A model generated the notes under the pieces. That model saw only the letters and a program-made list of their open reading frames with translations, was not told where the DNA came from and made no database searches. Position numbers and translations under genes: made by a program. A stretch of 63,713 nt of DNA, counting the filler, from Craspedostauros australis (Eukaryota): NCBI GenBank assembly GCA_030167865.1. It is 11 parts of 11 records of this genome, joined end to end, with 100 filler letters (N's around TTAATTAATTAA, not from the genome) between each part and the next. Parts side by side here need not be neighbours in the genome. Positions count along the whole stretch, not along the records: positions 1 to 22,619 come from JALAGF010005904.1; 10 more parts are not named here. The stretch is one strand, 5' to 3'. Of the stretch, positions 1 through 12,445 are shown piece after piece (position 1 is the first letter of the stretch; each line of letters begins with the position of its first letter).

Positions 1-1
1 A

Positions 2-3000
2 GGATTTGGTCTCACTACTGTCGAGCCAGTGGTCTACTCGCGATCCATATACACCCCGATGTTCAATGACACAGAGTACCAACAAAAAGTGCGTCAAGAA
101 GCGGAAAGTCGGTCTGAAGGCAGAACCCCACCCACGCTTCATCATTGGCTCTGCAACGTCAATAACATCGAATTTGCTCGCCAATCATTCACAGGACTCC
201 CACCCCTCAACGAAGGACCACCGGCGTCACTCCAAGATGCCATCATCAACAAGTTGAACAGCGCCATCCGTAACAAAACAACAGAAAAACTCCATCAAGT
301 GAAAGTTTCCACTGGACAGGATGATTCGTATTCTTCTCGCCAGGTCTTCTACCTCGGCAACCCTCAGTTCCGACATCAAGCCAGAGATGGAAGATCGCCA
401 CCGCAGCTGTACATGGAAAAGACAACTGAAGAGGAATTCCGTGACCTGGTGTTGCTGTACTGCTCTGCCAGCGGGAGTGGCAAGACAGCCGAGCTCGCAG
501 CGAGCGCGTTCTCAAGAGATGCTGCCTTTTCCATCCATCTGGATGTCGAACAGGACATTTCTACTGCTAAACGCGGCGATGAGCGACAAGACGAAGCACG
601 AATCAGTCTCAAGACAACCATTGACGAGGTCGTGGGTCGAGACAAGGGCACCCGAGCTCTTTTTGTCGAGATCGCTCAAATGATCAAGGACCGCAACACC
701 AAGGATGACAAGGTGCGAATCGTCGTCGCCATCGATGAAGCAGGATCCCAACCCAACCTCGTCAATGAGATCATCCGCAACTACCAAGATCTTGGTCAGG
801 ATCTTGCTGCATTCATCATGATGGGATGCAACAACCCAGACGAAAGCAAAAACCGTGACGATGAGAAGGAATGGAAGAAGACGCAGAAGGAATCACTGCA
901 GGTGGTGTTCTCCATTGCAGGGACAGGCCTCCATGGTGACATGGAAGGAACCGTGCATGAGAACTTCAACCAACTTCAACCAATCGCCAAAAGAAAGGCT
1001 GAAGATGTCTACAACGTTCTCTGTGAAGAGTATCCAGGCAAGTCGCACAAATTTCCACCCTTTCAACAGCTTCCAGAATATCCCCTCCTCAACGATATCG
1101 TCCATCACAACTCAAGAATGACCTCTGCNNNNNNNNNNNNNNNNNNNNNNNNNNNNNNNNNNNNNNNNNNNNNNNNNNACCCTTTCAACAGCTTCCAGAA
1201 TATCCCCTCCTCAACGATATCGTCCATCACAACTCAAGAATGACCTCTGCCTTGGTGTTCCACCTTGCAACCACAAACTTCTCATATGGTGATCCCCGCC
1301 ATCAAGCCAAGATCATCACAACTGTTTTTGTGTACTTCTGCGTGACCAACGGCATATCGTCCGTGTGGGATTTGCCACACTTTCGCTTACAGGTTGCGGC
1401 AAGCGCTTACGCTGCCCTCCTCTTCCAGAAAAAGATCACGGTGTATCCTGGTGACGCTCCCCATGTCATCCGAGAGAAGGCTCTGAAAGATGCCATCCGC
1501 TTCCAACACTTTGATGAGGCATACGTCAACAAACGCGATCTCCTTGGCCAGTTTGGCCTCCTGACAATCCAATCATTCACGGATCTCTCCAGACGGGCAG
1601 AACAGGAGAACGGGGAAGTTGAGATGTACCCTTTCCTCATGGATCCTGCCATGCAGCGGCTCTGTGGCTGGATGATCGCTGGCGGAAAAGTCATGGCACA
1701 TGCCGATGAAGCCTTGGGGACAACACCATTCGCATATGAAGCACTCGCAGTCCAATTCCTCTCCAGTGTGATAGCAGCAGCCACGACCGTTGAACCAGAA
1801 GATCGAAATGATCTGAAATCGATGCTCGAGGATGGCGCTGCGATGTATGCATCGGAAGTGAGAGATGGTGGTACTCTCAAATCTCTATTCGTGGACAAGG
1901 ACATAGAAGACTCGTGGGAAGGGCTTCGCGGATGGTACGCTGTTGCTTTTCCATCAGAGTTTGCCATGAAGGGCATGCACCTTCAGAAGTCACCCATGAG
2001 GTTGTCATTGGGGCAAACACAACCACGCCCACGAAACCAGCGACGGAACCGAAAATACTGGAAGGGTCTGGAAGGTCGGGTGGTCGAGCGCAACAATCCT
2101 GGTCCCTTCATCGACACCAATGAACTCCGGAAGTATCGCCCTCTCAAGAAAAGTGACGAAGCAACGCTGAACATTGACAAGGACTACCTCGAGGGACTCT
2201 GGGACCTGCGATACGCCATCATGGAAAAACCAACGCTGAAGGAAGGGACGCAGGCGTTCCACCCTCCAATCGCAAGCGTCGCAGAAGGCAACAGCAACTT
2301 GGCAGACGGATACGTGTCCGTCGTGGTTGCTCGAAAGAAGGAGGAGGATGACTACGACGATGACGACGACGACGACTACGACAACGACAAGACCGTGTGG
2401 AAGGACTTCAAGCTTGTCACCATTTGCATCCAGGCAAAGGATAAATCAACCCATCGGAAGATTTCCAAGGAGACCATCCGCAAAAACAAGAACAGCGTCC
2501 TTCACGAGCTTCTCCACATTCCATTTGGCGAAGATCGTGTGTACTGTGTGGCCAGCCGACCAGAAAGCCTTGTGGATCAAATGATGAGCCAGGCCGATGC
2601 TGATGCGGCCGAAAGCGAAAGAGATAGAGTTGCTGGTGATCGTGCTGTCGCGGATGCATTGGGCAGAGAACACTACGACGTGATGAAGGCTGTCTGCATG
2701 AAAGTGTTGGAACAAGTGGCACCCAAGTACGTTGCAGAGGAAGATCTAGAACAGTTCCTTCAAGAATTCCTGCCAGAATTCGAAGCCATGATCGAAAAGA
2801 AGCTGGAAGCAATCGAAGAGGAAGCTAGAAATGCAGCCACAGCGGAAGCAGAAGCTGATGAGACCCACCTTGTGCCATACATCACGATGCCGATCGGCAA
2901 GTCCTCCGCTTCGAAGGCGCTGGCGGACGTGGGTATTGACTGTGGCGGGCGTGGGAAGACCAAGAGATTTGGTGTCCAGTTGAAGTACTCTTTGACCTGA
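2..3000 (+). CDS. Large P-loop NTPase with putative C-terminal PD-(D/E)xK nuclease (Crinkler/RHS-type architecture); 5' end off-window
   Basis: ORFs 29..1243 and 1240..3000 fuse once the 72-bp overlap duplicated across the gap (1057-1128 = 1179-1250) is collapsed. The frame is open from position 2 (~958 aa). Walker A SASGSGKT, Walker B IVVAIDE, downstream AGTG, then LADGYV...ICIQAK. Confidence 0.7.
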
Positions 3001-4540
3001 ACCGGCTTCCGACAAACATCGTCGAAGTGAGTGGAACAATAGAGAACAGGAGGTGGCTGGAGGCAACAGTGGTGGAATGTGGATGTGGTGAGAACCAATG
3101 CCAACGCAGACTGCATGCAGGACGGTGTGGAAGTGAAGCCACTCAGCTGATCTGACCACGTCCACGATGGGTGATGCAAGAGGGTTGAAGATGTGGCACA
3201 GCATCTCGGAAGTCGACAAGGAGCCATCATCAAACCAGGCTGTATCGTGTGTGCTATATATGTAACATGGTGGATTTCTAATAGTTGTGATATTACTTGT
3301 GGAGAGTTGTTCACAATGAACAGGTTGCTGTTCTATGCAGTGCATCCTGTCACCATCCAGCCAGGGTTGGCCTGTTGTTGCTCTTGATCTGTTCCTGTGC
3401 GACCATTGTGTATCCCAGTGATTTCATCTGCTTTGTCTGTCCTTCCCTCGCCGCTGGTGTGGTTGGGAAGGGCTTGGAATGCCTACTTTGTGGTGTATCA
3501 CCTGGCCTGTCAGTGCTTCGTGTTGTGTGCTATCCTCAGTTACCTCCTTGTGCTGGACCTGGTCATCCTCTTCCGTATCCTCCATACCCTCCTCTGTATT
3601 TTCTGTATCTTCACTGTATCAAGTCTGGACTGAAGCTGTCTTCTCCCTGTTGGGCCGAGCCTTGCCCGATACCTTTCCCGATACCTTGTGGTCCTGCTTC
3701 TTGTCCTGGACCTTGCCTGGGGTCCAATTGTGGAAGTGCTGGTCGCCCTCCTTGTTGTCCTGGCTGTCCTGAAATCATTCTTCCACAACCTTGTTGTCCT
3801 CCCTGTCCTCCACTTCCGTCCGCTCCTCTCTCATCACATTCGTTCCCGTGCTCTTGTTTCTCTCCTTCCTCCCAATTCGAAGATTGCATGGATGTGCTCC
3901 AGTGCCATCTCCCACAAGGATGGACTTGGTTGCTTCACCTTCCATTGCCTCTCATTGTGAAACGCCTCCGCTTTCCAGTTGCCCATCGGCCACCTCTGAT
4001 GCTTGGGCAGCGAGCAGAAGCAATGCGCAGATCATGGCAGACATGGTGAACTTCATGATGGGTGTGATTCAATCCAACTCGATTCGATTCAACCCAATTC
4101 ATTTCGATTCGGTTGTTGGTTGGATTGTGGGGAAAAGACATCATTTGGAATCGCTGATTTGCGACACACAGCACGCAGCACACAGCACACAGAATAGAAA
4201 AGGAGAGGAGAGAAGACGGCACAACGATAGCAAAGGTATGACCTGCAGATCGCATTCGATGCACCAACAATAACACTAGTTGTAGACGGGCCCATGGTGA
4301 GACACAATGAAGCAGACAGAAGAAGCAGAACCTTTTACATTCACAACCGTCTGTTTGAACATTGAGTTCTGTAATGTCAAAATCATGACGATTCCTCGCG
4401 ACAAACATGATGCTTCAAGTCACGTGTCGCTTTGACAAGTCCCGAGTGATTTCTCCAAGCCACGTTTGTCGCATCGTCCCACCAAGTCGTGTCACACACT
4501 CCAACGGAAACTCATGTCCATCGCCATGACATGATGTGAT

Positions 4541-6492
4541 GTGACGGATGGATTGTCCCGGGCTGATCACAGCACCGGCGGTATGGCTGGACAGAGTATG
4601 CTTCAACACATCCCTCTCCACTTGCCGCCATCAAGCTGAAGAGGCAATTATCTTAAGGACACCATGAGAACATGCATGGAGGGAATCAAATATGAATGGC
4701 TTGCCCCTGAAGGATGGTACAGTACAGGACAACAGTGAGGCCACTTTGTATGAGAATCTGCTCCTGCAGCTGCGGATGCAATGGTCGATCAGATTGGTAA
4801 AGCTTGGCACAAATGACATTGGAATCTGCATGAGGTTTGTGTACCCAGATTGATGACTGGCCGGTGGCAGAAGAAGCTGTTGCGGTTGAGCGATTTCTAC
4901 TTCAAGGTTGAATGGTGTTGTGAATGGCCTGCTCACCTGCGGGAGCCTCTGTTTGTCTTCATTTGTCTTCCCTATCTCTCTTGGAACCCCAGACTTGACG
5001 AGCAACGCAAGCTATTGGAAGAGCCAAGCAAGGTTTTGCTGCAGTGAGATGTGTGGGAAGCTGATCCAATCAGGTACAGGCATGTTCTGCACAAGCTTCT
5101 CCAGTCTGTGTGGGCACTTTGCCCCCTGTAGGTCAGCTTGGTGCAGCTCGTGCTACAGCAAGATTGGAGACAAGACATTCCCCATCCAAACTGCCAACGA
5201 CGATGACGGTATCGATCTCACTCCGGATGTCAACAAGACTCACTTCCGAATTGCCCAAAACAGTGACCATCTCATGGCGCCGTTTCAGTGCCATCGCTGT
5301 CACTTCCACAACATCATGCTCCGTGATCCACTCAAGTACAGACAACAAGACCAAGAGATTCTTGTCTACATTCGATGAGCCAATCTCAATGCCTTTTTGG
5401 GCAGAGAACCATCCACTGTTGCGGCACTTCTTCACAAAGCTCTACACAGGGAAGCCTTTCCCAATTGGTTGAATATCCCATCCATAAGCGCTCCAATGGG
5501 GCCATTCCTGCTTCAAGACTCGTGTGGTATGGCTGGAGCAATGGCAGTACTCAACAAGTCTTTGGATACAGGTCGCTATGCAACTAATTCTCAGTGGGAG
5601 ACCTTTTGACACACCAGGCTGGTCATCACCAATATTCATCAAGCAGGTGTTGCTGGACTTGGGGAGCCTGTCATGGCATATGAGAGGTCCTGCATGTGGA
5701 TGTCAAGTGTGCCGTTGCATCAGTTCTGGTTCACTCGATTCATGGAAGGCACTCACAGGAGAGGTGGTCAGATCCGCAAGCCAGCTTGTTCCTACACCAT
5801 TGACAAGATCCATGGGCTGGAAGCTCTGTTGGAGCACGGATGGAAAATGGACAATGATCACTTACAGTGCCAGAGAACCGCGGAAGTGGCTATGCTTACG
5901 ATTGTGACCTTCTGCACTGGGCTGAGGGGGAGAGGAGATACTACAAATTGATCTTCTTACTACCTCATCGAGTCTCAAACATCTTCAAGACGTGAAGCTT
6001 CCGCAGGCATGGCTTGTCATCATCGGTTGCACCAAAGGCAACAGGCACTACGGAGCACAATTTGACGCTCCATGCGTGAAGACAACTTCAGGCACAGGGT
6101 TGCAACCTGGCAAATGGATCAAGTGAATGGTGCAACAGATCGAAGGTGCAGGACTACACAATGGCAAGCTTTTGTCAAGGAAATTGAATCCACCCAGGCT
6201 CCTGGAGTTGTGGGACGCCGTAGATGTGGCTCTGGAGGCTTTGCAGGCCCAAGGGATCATTGATACAGAGGTGGACGTCCAAGACCAATACAGACTTGAC
6301 CGCTCTGCTCGTAGAGGGTCCACCTCCCACGCGATCAACATGTGTGTTCCAAGAGATATCATCATGGCAAACAACAGATGGCGAACCGAAGCCAACTCAG
6401 TCTTGGGAAACCCAAGACTGGACATGGTGGACACCTACTCAGCACTGGAGTCACTGCTTCCTGCTGTATTGGAGTACTCGAAGCAGATGTAA
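4541..6492 (+). mobile_element. Decayed DIRS/Ngaro-like tyrosine-recombinase retrotransposon (RNase H tail, adjacent domain, YR)
   Basis: VTDGLSRADH..GMAGQSMLQHIPLHL at 4541; APAAADA..HK*H..VPRLMTGRWQKKL; YR segments DHLMAPFQCHRCHFHNI, TGLRG, RSARRGSTSHA, NRWR, MVDTY. In-frame TGA stops (4814, 5376, 5607) and frameshifts. Confidence 0.75.
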
Positions 6493-7362
6493 TACATCTG
6501 CGGGGACTACGAGGGGGGAGAGAACGGCTCCATTGTGCCAGCACGCACTCTGCCACACTGAAGCTGATTCAAGCTAGGTGCCATCATCTTCGCTCACCCA
6601 ATATGGACCCGAAAAGGATAACCGTGGGAACTTGATGCTGTCGTTCCAAATGGCTAATCCAGGAAAACAGATGGGCACATATCTGGAATCGAACTACATG
6701 TTCTTCCATGCGTTGCGAAGCTCTGCTTGCCACCAATGGTGCGAGAACTCGGTCGACTGACTGTCGGCCGGTCCACAACTACCCCCCACGATAGCACTTC
6801 AATACAGTAGAGTAGAGTAATAAGGATACTCCTTCGTATTGACATACCACCATGTGACAATGTGAAGGAAGATGCACTGGTCGCGATGAACGCACAGGAT
6901 GACCGTGGGACAACACGCGAAAATAGCACGAGACGAAAGCTCAGAAAATTCAACGAAGGAGGTCTGCACAAGGAGAGAGTTGTGTGATTAATAAGTCGTC
7001 TTAAATTGCCGCACTATTTCTCGATTTGCGTCCTGGCGCGAAACATCGAAAAATGTCTCGAAATTTGCGTTCTGGCGCAACTTTTCGACTTTTGTGCGAC
7101 GAAAAATCCTTGTGGATATGGTCACAACTGCAGAGTGTCCTAGATTTAGGTTGACAGGCGTGATGGCGAAGGATGGGTGCAGCTGGTTTCATGTCTTGTG
7201 TATGGCAGGCAGTGATGATGGATATATCAGATTAGAACGCAATCGATCGCGCAGCACAACACAGAATAGGTATGCAGAATCGATTAGCTTGCCGTCCTTC
7301 GACTAGTCAACTATTCTACTCCAAACAATGAATGTCGTTTTGCAACCCTCTCTCCAGCGTTA

Positions 7363-10300
7363 TCAGAATGTGATATTGGTTGGACCAATGTAGGTCAGCA
7401 GGACGGGCAGGAAGATCAATCCGTGGCCCATGCCCATCAGGATCAATGTGATCATCATGACGAAAAGTCTCCAACACAGATCTGACGATGAAAATCCCAA
7501 GGCGCAGAATGCCAAGAAGGAGGAAAGTCCTCCCATCAAGACGGATCCACCGACGGTGGAGAGAGCGTGTCGCACGCGTTCCTCGCGAGATGAAATGTCG
7601 CCGACGGGATTCGTGTTGGGCGCATACAGATACCCATGGAGGACGTGAACGTTGAAGTCAACAACTGTGCAGAAACGGGGGCGGTGTGGTGTCGGTACCA
7701 GTATGGTGCGATGCGATGCGCAAATGGCGATTTGCAAGGAAGATGTGAGCGATAATGATGACGGGACAGCGCAAACAAGCAGCCAATGAATCAATCCACA
7801 CTTCCACCAACGTACCAAAACCGACCGCCATGACGACGGACAGAACCGTCATGGAATTGAGAGCAAACCCTGCCCACGGAATGGCACCAATCACACCCAC
7901 ATCGACCATGGCCGTGATGAATACCGCCAGCACAGGTCCGCTAGGATGCGGCAACGCCAGCGATGTGACCGCCGTGATGGCCACCAACCCCGCCAGCAAT
8001 GTCCACAGCACGATGCCTTCGATACTTAAGTAATGTGCCCACACCGTGTACCACATCGAATACGTGAACATGCGCTCGGATTTGCGGTTGCGATTGAGCG
8101 GTTGTGCGCCCGTGATATCGAGCTGCATCTGATAGGCTTCTTTTTGGAACTCGGGTGCATTGATGGGCACGTTGTACAAAAAAATCGTGGACGACACATC
8201 GACGTTGCCCGTGACGGGATCGCGGACCAAACTCGATGAGTACAATCGGGAGTACAGATCGATTTCCAAGAAATCATCCAAATCTTCGTTGAAGGTCTTG
8301 GTGGTGGCGGTCTCGTTGCGGTAGTCCAAAAAGTCGGTCAACCAAAACGAGAGCGGCGGAACGATGATGTACGGATGCTGCTCGACGAGATCGTCCACGA
8401 AATCGTACATCTGCCGCTGGATGTCGGGATCGGAAACATCCATGTCGCGAAAGTAGATGGCGGCAAAGCCGCCGCTGGCCGTGGGTCCGTACTTTTCCTC
8501 CGCGGTGAGGTACGCATCGACGAAGGACCCGTCGGGCGTGAGGAGCGTGTAATCAAAGTCCGTTTCGACCGTCGAGGCGCTCATGGAAGACACGACGAAC
8601 AAGGCGGTGAATCCGACGAGGACGGCGATCTTGACGAACGGGTGCATGAGGACGTCGATGTAAGCCGACACAAAGGCGGCCGTCCATTGTTCGTTTGTAG
8701 GTTCGTGGGGTGTTGATTGCGACGTTGCTTTTGCGTTTTCGCCACTATCCATAAGGTCTTTGCTTGCGCCTTCGCCGCCCGTATCTTCGTTGCTGCAAGG
8801 CTGCGACTTGTCAGTGATTCCTGTATTGGCCTGCGTCTGTTCATCCATATCTTGTGGAGACACCTCCGTCCGGTCGGTACCACGATGCGTGATCGCCTTG
8901 TCAGTCATGGGCGCCTTGAGAAAGCACAGCACATCGTACCGATTGTCACGAATACGACGTTCGTTGAGAACGATTAACGCAATGAAGAAGGTGATCTGAA
9001 AGATGAAATCGACAAAGATCGTGACGCCGGCATAGATGCACACCCACCGAATCGCGGGGATGTCATTGATGGTGCCGATGGCGAATGCGACCGTGCTTGT
9101 CATGGTGGTCGTGAAGACGGTGATACCGATCTCGTCCATGACGATCATGAGCCGGTCCATGATAGGCAGCGACTGATCGCGGATGCGGCCGAACGATCCC
9201 CAGATGATGAAGGAATCGTCGAGGGCGATACCAAGGATGATGAACGGCAGGATCGCATTCAGCCTCGTGAAGGGGACCTTGCTGAGGATACAGATGCCAT
9301 AACCAAAGAAAAGACTGAGCATGATGGTGACCATGGCGCCAGCTCCGAGGATCGCGCTGGAATGGACAAAGCGATTGCCGTTGGCGTCCTTGGAAACGCT
9401 GGCGAAGACCAAGGCCGAGAAGATTCCCAGGAGGAAGAAGGTGGCAAAGGCCAGCGGCAGATCCGCGGTGGCGGCCTTGGCGGCCTCCTCGCCCATGCTG
9501 GATATCGCCAATACTTCGACGCGGTACGGCTCGTCGCCGCCGGCTTCCTCCTTCCACCGCTGCTTGAGATGGAGCACGGCCTTCGTCATTTCGGTCTCGT
9601 AATCGACGTAATCGTTGCGATCGGCCAGAATGGGAACGTAGATCTCCATCTTGTAGGCCACCATTGATTGCAGGACGGGTTCGTCCTCGAATTTGGTCGT
9701 GGGCGAGTAGATTCGTTCTCTGGGTGTCGGCTGACCATCCACCAGCGTGTCGCCTGAGATGCGCAATACGACCTGACGATCGATCTCGCTGGCGTCGTAC
9801 TGATCCACGAAGTCGTCAAAGGCGTGCAGCTGGCTGTCGTACCAGAACGCCGTGACGCCCATGATCTCGCATTCGTCGGGGCTGGTCTTGTTGAACTTGC
9901 CCTTGGATGTGAAGCCGTATTGCTTGGGAATCTCGAGGCAGACCTTGTGGTAGGCCGGCGACGCGCGCAACGTTTCGAGCGCCTCAAAGACGTGACTTAT
10001 GCCGTCCTGATGCAGGATGTCGACGTCGTTGCGATGGATGATGAAGGACAGCAGATGGATTTCGTCCTCATCAAAGCCGGAGTCGTCCTCGATCCAATCT
10101 CTGTGGCGGATGGCCACGCTGCTGAGCGGCGCCCACAGGACCGTGTTGTCGTTCTCCATGAAGAAGGAGCCCGACACGAAGCCGATGATGGGCGTGCACA
10201 GGCTGATGAGGATGGTCAGCCAGATGCAGCGCCAGGGGTTGGCAGCCGAGATGCGAACGAGNGGGACCAGCAGGCTGCGGTTGATCTTGTGACTTAGATG

Positions 10301-10618
10301 TTGCACCGTTCTGGCGTACTTTTGCAGGAAGGTGCGATTGTTGTTGCTGTCCATAGTCGTGCTGTTGCTGCTATTGTTGTCGCTGTTGTTGTTGTTGTCG
10401 CTGTTGTTGTTGTTGTTGTCGCTGTTGTTGGTGCTTTGGCTGGCGTCTGCTGTCTCCGCAGCGTCAATGTTGACACGCTCGGTGGACTCAGAACGATCTT
10501 CGTTCATGTTGCTGCCGTTGGTGTTGCTATTGGCGTTGCTATTGTTGTTGCTGTGTTGCACTTTATGCTTCTTGGTTGTGAGTATTGGGGGATCAGTTGA
10601 GTTGATGGGTATTGGCAT
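7363..10618 (-). CDS. Patched/NPC1-like sterol-sensing-domain RND membrane protein; exons 10618-7816 and 7664-7363
   Basis: Multi-TM topology; SSD motif LPFIILGIALDDSFII. A GT-AG intron 7815-7665 (GTACGT...GCACAG) restores the second-half motif MAVGFVVDFNVHV; ends HGLIFLPVLL. Start codon uncertain. Confidence 0.9.
10340..10560 (-). repeat. Imperfect (AAC/AGC)n repeat encoding Asn/Ser-rich N-terminus
   Basis: gttgttgttgtcgct runs on + strand; NNSDNNNN tracts in the Patched-like ORF. Confidence 0.8.
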
Positions 10619-11835
10619 GGATAGAGCCTTGGTTTGTGTTGTGGGAATATAATTTTATGGATCGTGCTGGTGCAATGGGAGTCGAGTGGAGCAGAGCATT
10701 CCACAAATGGAAGAGCGTTTGGAGTGTTCAATGTACTATACCGTCCCCGCTGGTATGGCCTCGATTGCGACCAAGAAAGGAAGAAGCAGGATTAGCAACC
10801 GAGCAATCTGTTTTGTGGTCAGAAGTTGTGATCTGGAAAATTGCGCGGCAGCGGGCTATCAACCCTTCTGCGTATCAGTGGGAATCAAGCTCCGATTCTC
10901 ACCTCAACGGTTAACCAAACCGCTTCAAGTCAGCACCAGCACCGCTGTGTGCTTGTTCGTGATACAACGCTCGTTGATGTGCAAGAGAGATCCACGTGCC
11001 GTCAGTGTCACATTGCGCCACAACAGAACAAACCAGTAAGTCTTTCTCTCTGTGCCGGCTATCGGGCTTCGCTCCTGGCGCTGTTCCGGTCGCAAACCAA
11101 CGAGTCACGGGGGGAGATATTTTTTGCCGGTTGGTCCAGCTGGAGCACCAATGACGGGTCCATAAAACTTAAAACATAGACTTTGAGACTCTGGGGAATG
11201 TTCTCCCTACTATGGAAACTATGGAGATTCGATTGACTTGCTTGGCTGTGTCACAATCGATGAATAAGCACCACTCTACTGTACAAAGGTTGGTCGGCTC
11301 GCTCGCCCCGGACAATGAGGATTGTCGCATTCCAATTTCACCTCAAGCACATGTCAGCCACATTGACATTTTGTTACAATTTTCACAACAACAGCGTGTG
11401 CGAAGAGCAGGATTGGCGCGGGGAGCAAGACTGGGAAAAGCCGTCGTACATACATACAGTTCGATGCACTACGGCCATTCGGCGAGTTCGGTGATGATGC
11501 GCGAAACGGGGAGATGATGGAAGGAGCGATTGATAGTTCCTTGGCGGATCGTGATTACAGCCTTACCGCATTTCACATTGCGAGTCCCACGGTGCAAACC
11601 AACCTGATACAGACATTCTTCGAGGGGCAACATGCGCTCTTCCCCCTCAGAAAGTGGAACTCGATTGCGTTTCACGTTGCAGTCCCGCAAAACCAGTCTT
11701 CTGTCTGGAATCGAGCGAACAACTTTGTCAATATAACCATTATTGCCGCAATCCCCAACGACATCAATCACGACTGAAAAATCGACTCTTGTTGATCACA
11801 CCCTTGACCCAACCAAACGTGACAGTCCGCAGTCG

Positions 11836-12445
11836 TGTCAAGAATGACAGCCTGTCCTCCTTTGGTGTCAGAACCGTGACGATGCAAACGAGTGTATCCC
11901 GAACCGAACCGACAACACATCCACCTAGTTGGTGAGGTCTAACTAGAAGGGGCGCAGGGGCAGTGAGTAGGAGTTGTATCCTGCATGAAGAAAAACTACA
12001 CATGGGAGACGCAACACATGCTCCTGATGGACAAGATCGATTGTATGATTGAACAATCAGAAAGATCCAGAAAATAATCAGAACAAACCAATTGTAAAAC
12101 AGGTGGAATCAAAGATGCCAAGGGATCAAGATGAAACCTGTGACGACATGGATGCATGACTGCAGAGTGTACCGCACGAATGTAGATGAGCATGATGATG
12201 CAGATATACATGATGAGACTGATGATGAAGGCATCTCGAGATATACATGACAATGTATGAGGCATGGCATGATGACAGCCAGAGAAAGTAACCATGAATA
12301 CAGCAGCATTGCATGATGCTGTCATGGAAGATCCCTGAAATGAAAATAGAATTGAAAGAGATGATGAGATTGAGCTCACAGTTCTAAAATGGGACAATCT
12401 AATAACAGATTAGATCACTGCTATCATAACCCCCAATTTCCAACA
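11836..12445 (+). mobile_element. Probable solo Copia LTR (5' boundary uncertain)
   Basis: 3' end GAGCTCACAGTTCT...CCCCAATTTCCAACA resembles the LTR end at 50005-50077; starts TGTCAAGAAT like TGTCAGGAAT at 49397. No clean TSD seen. Confidence 0.55.

Noticed and set aside
3297..4049. 250-aa Cys/Pro-rich plus-strand ORF
   Set aside because: Best explained as the antisense of a decayed Gly/Arg-rich tract.
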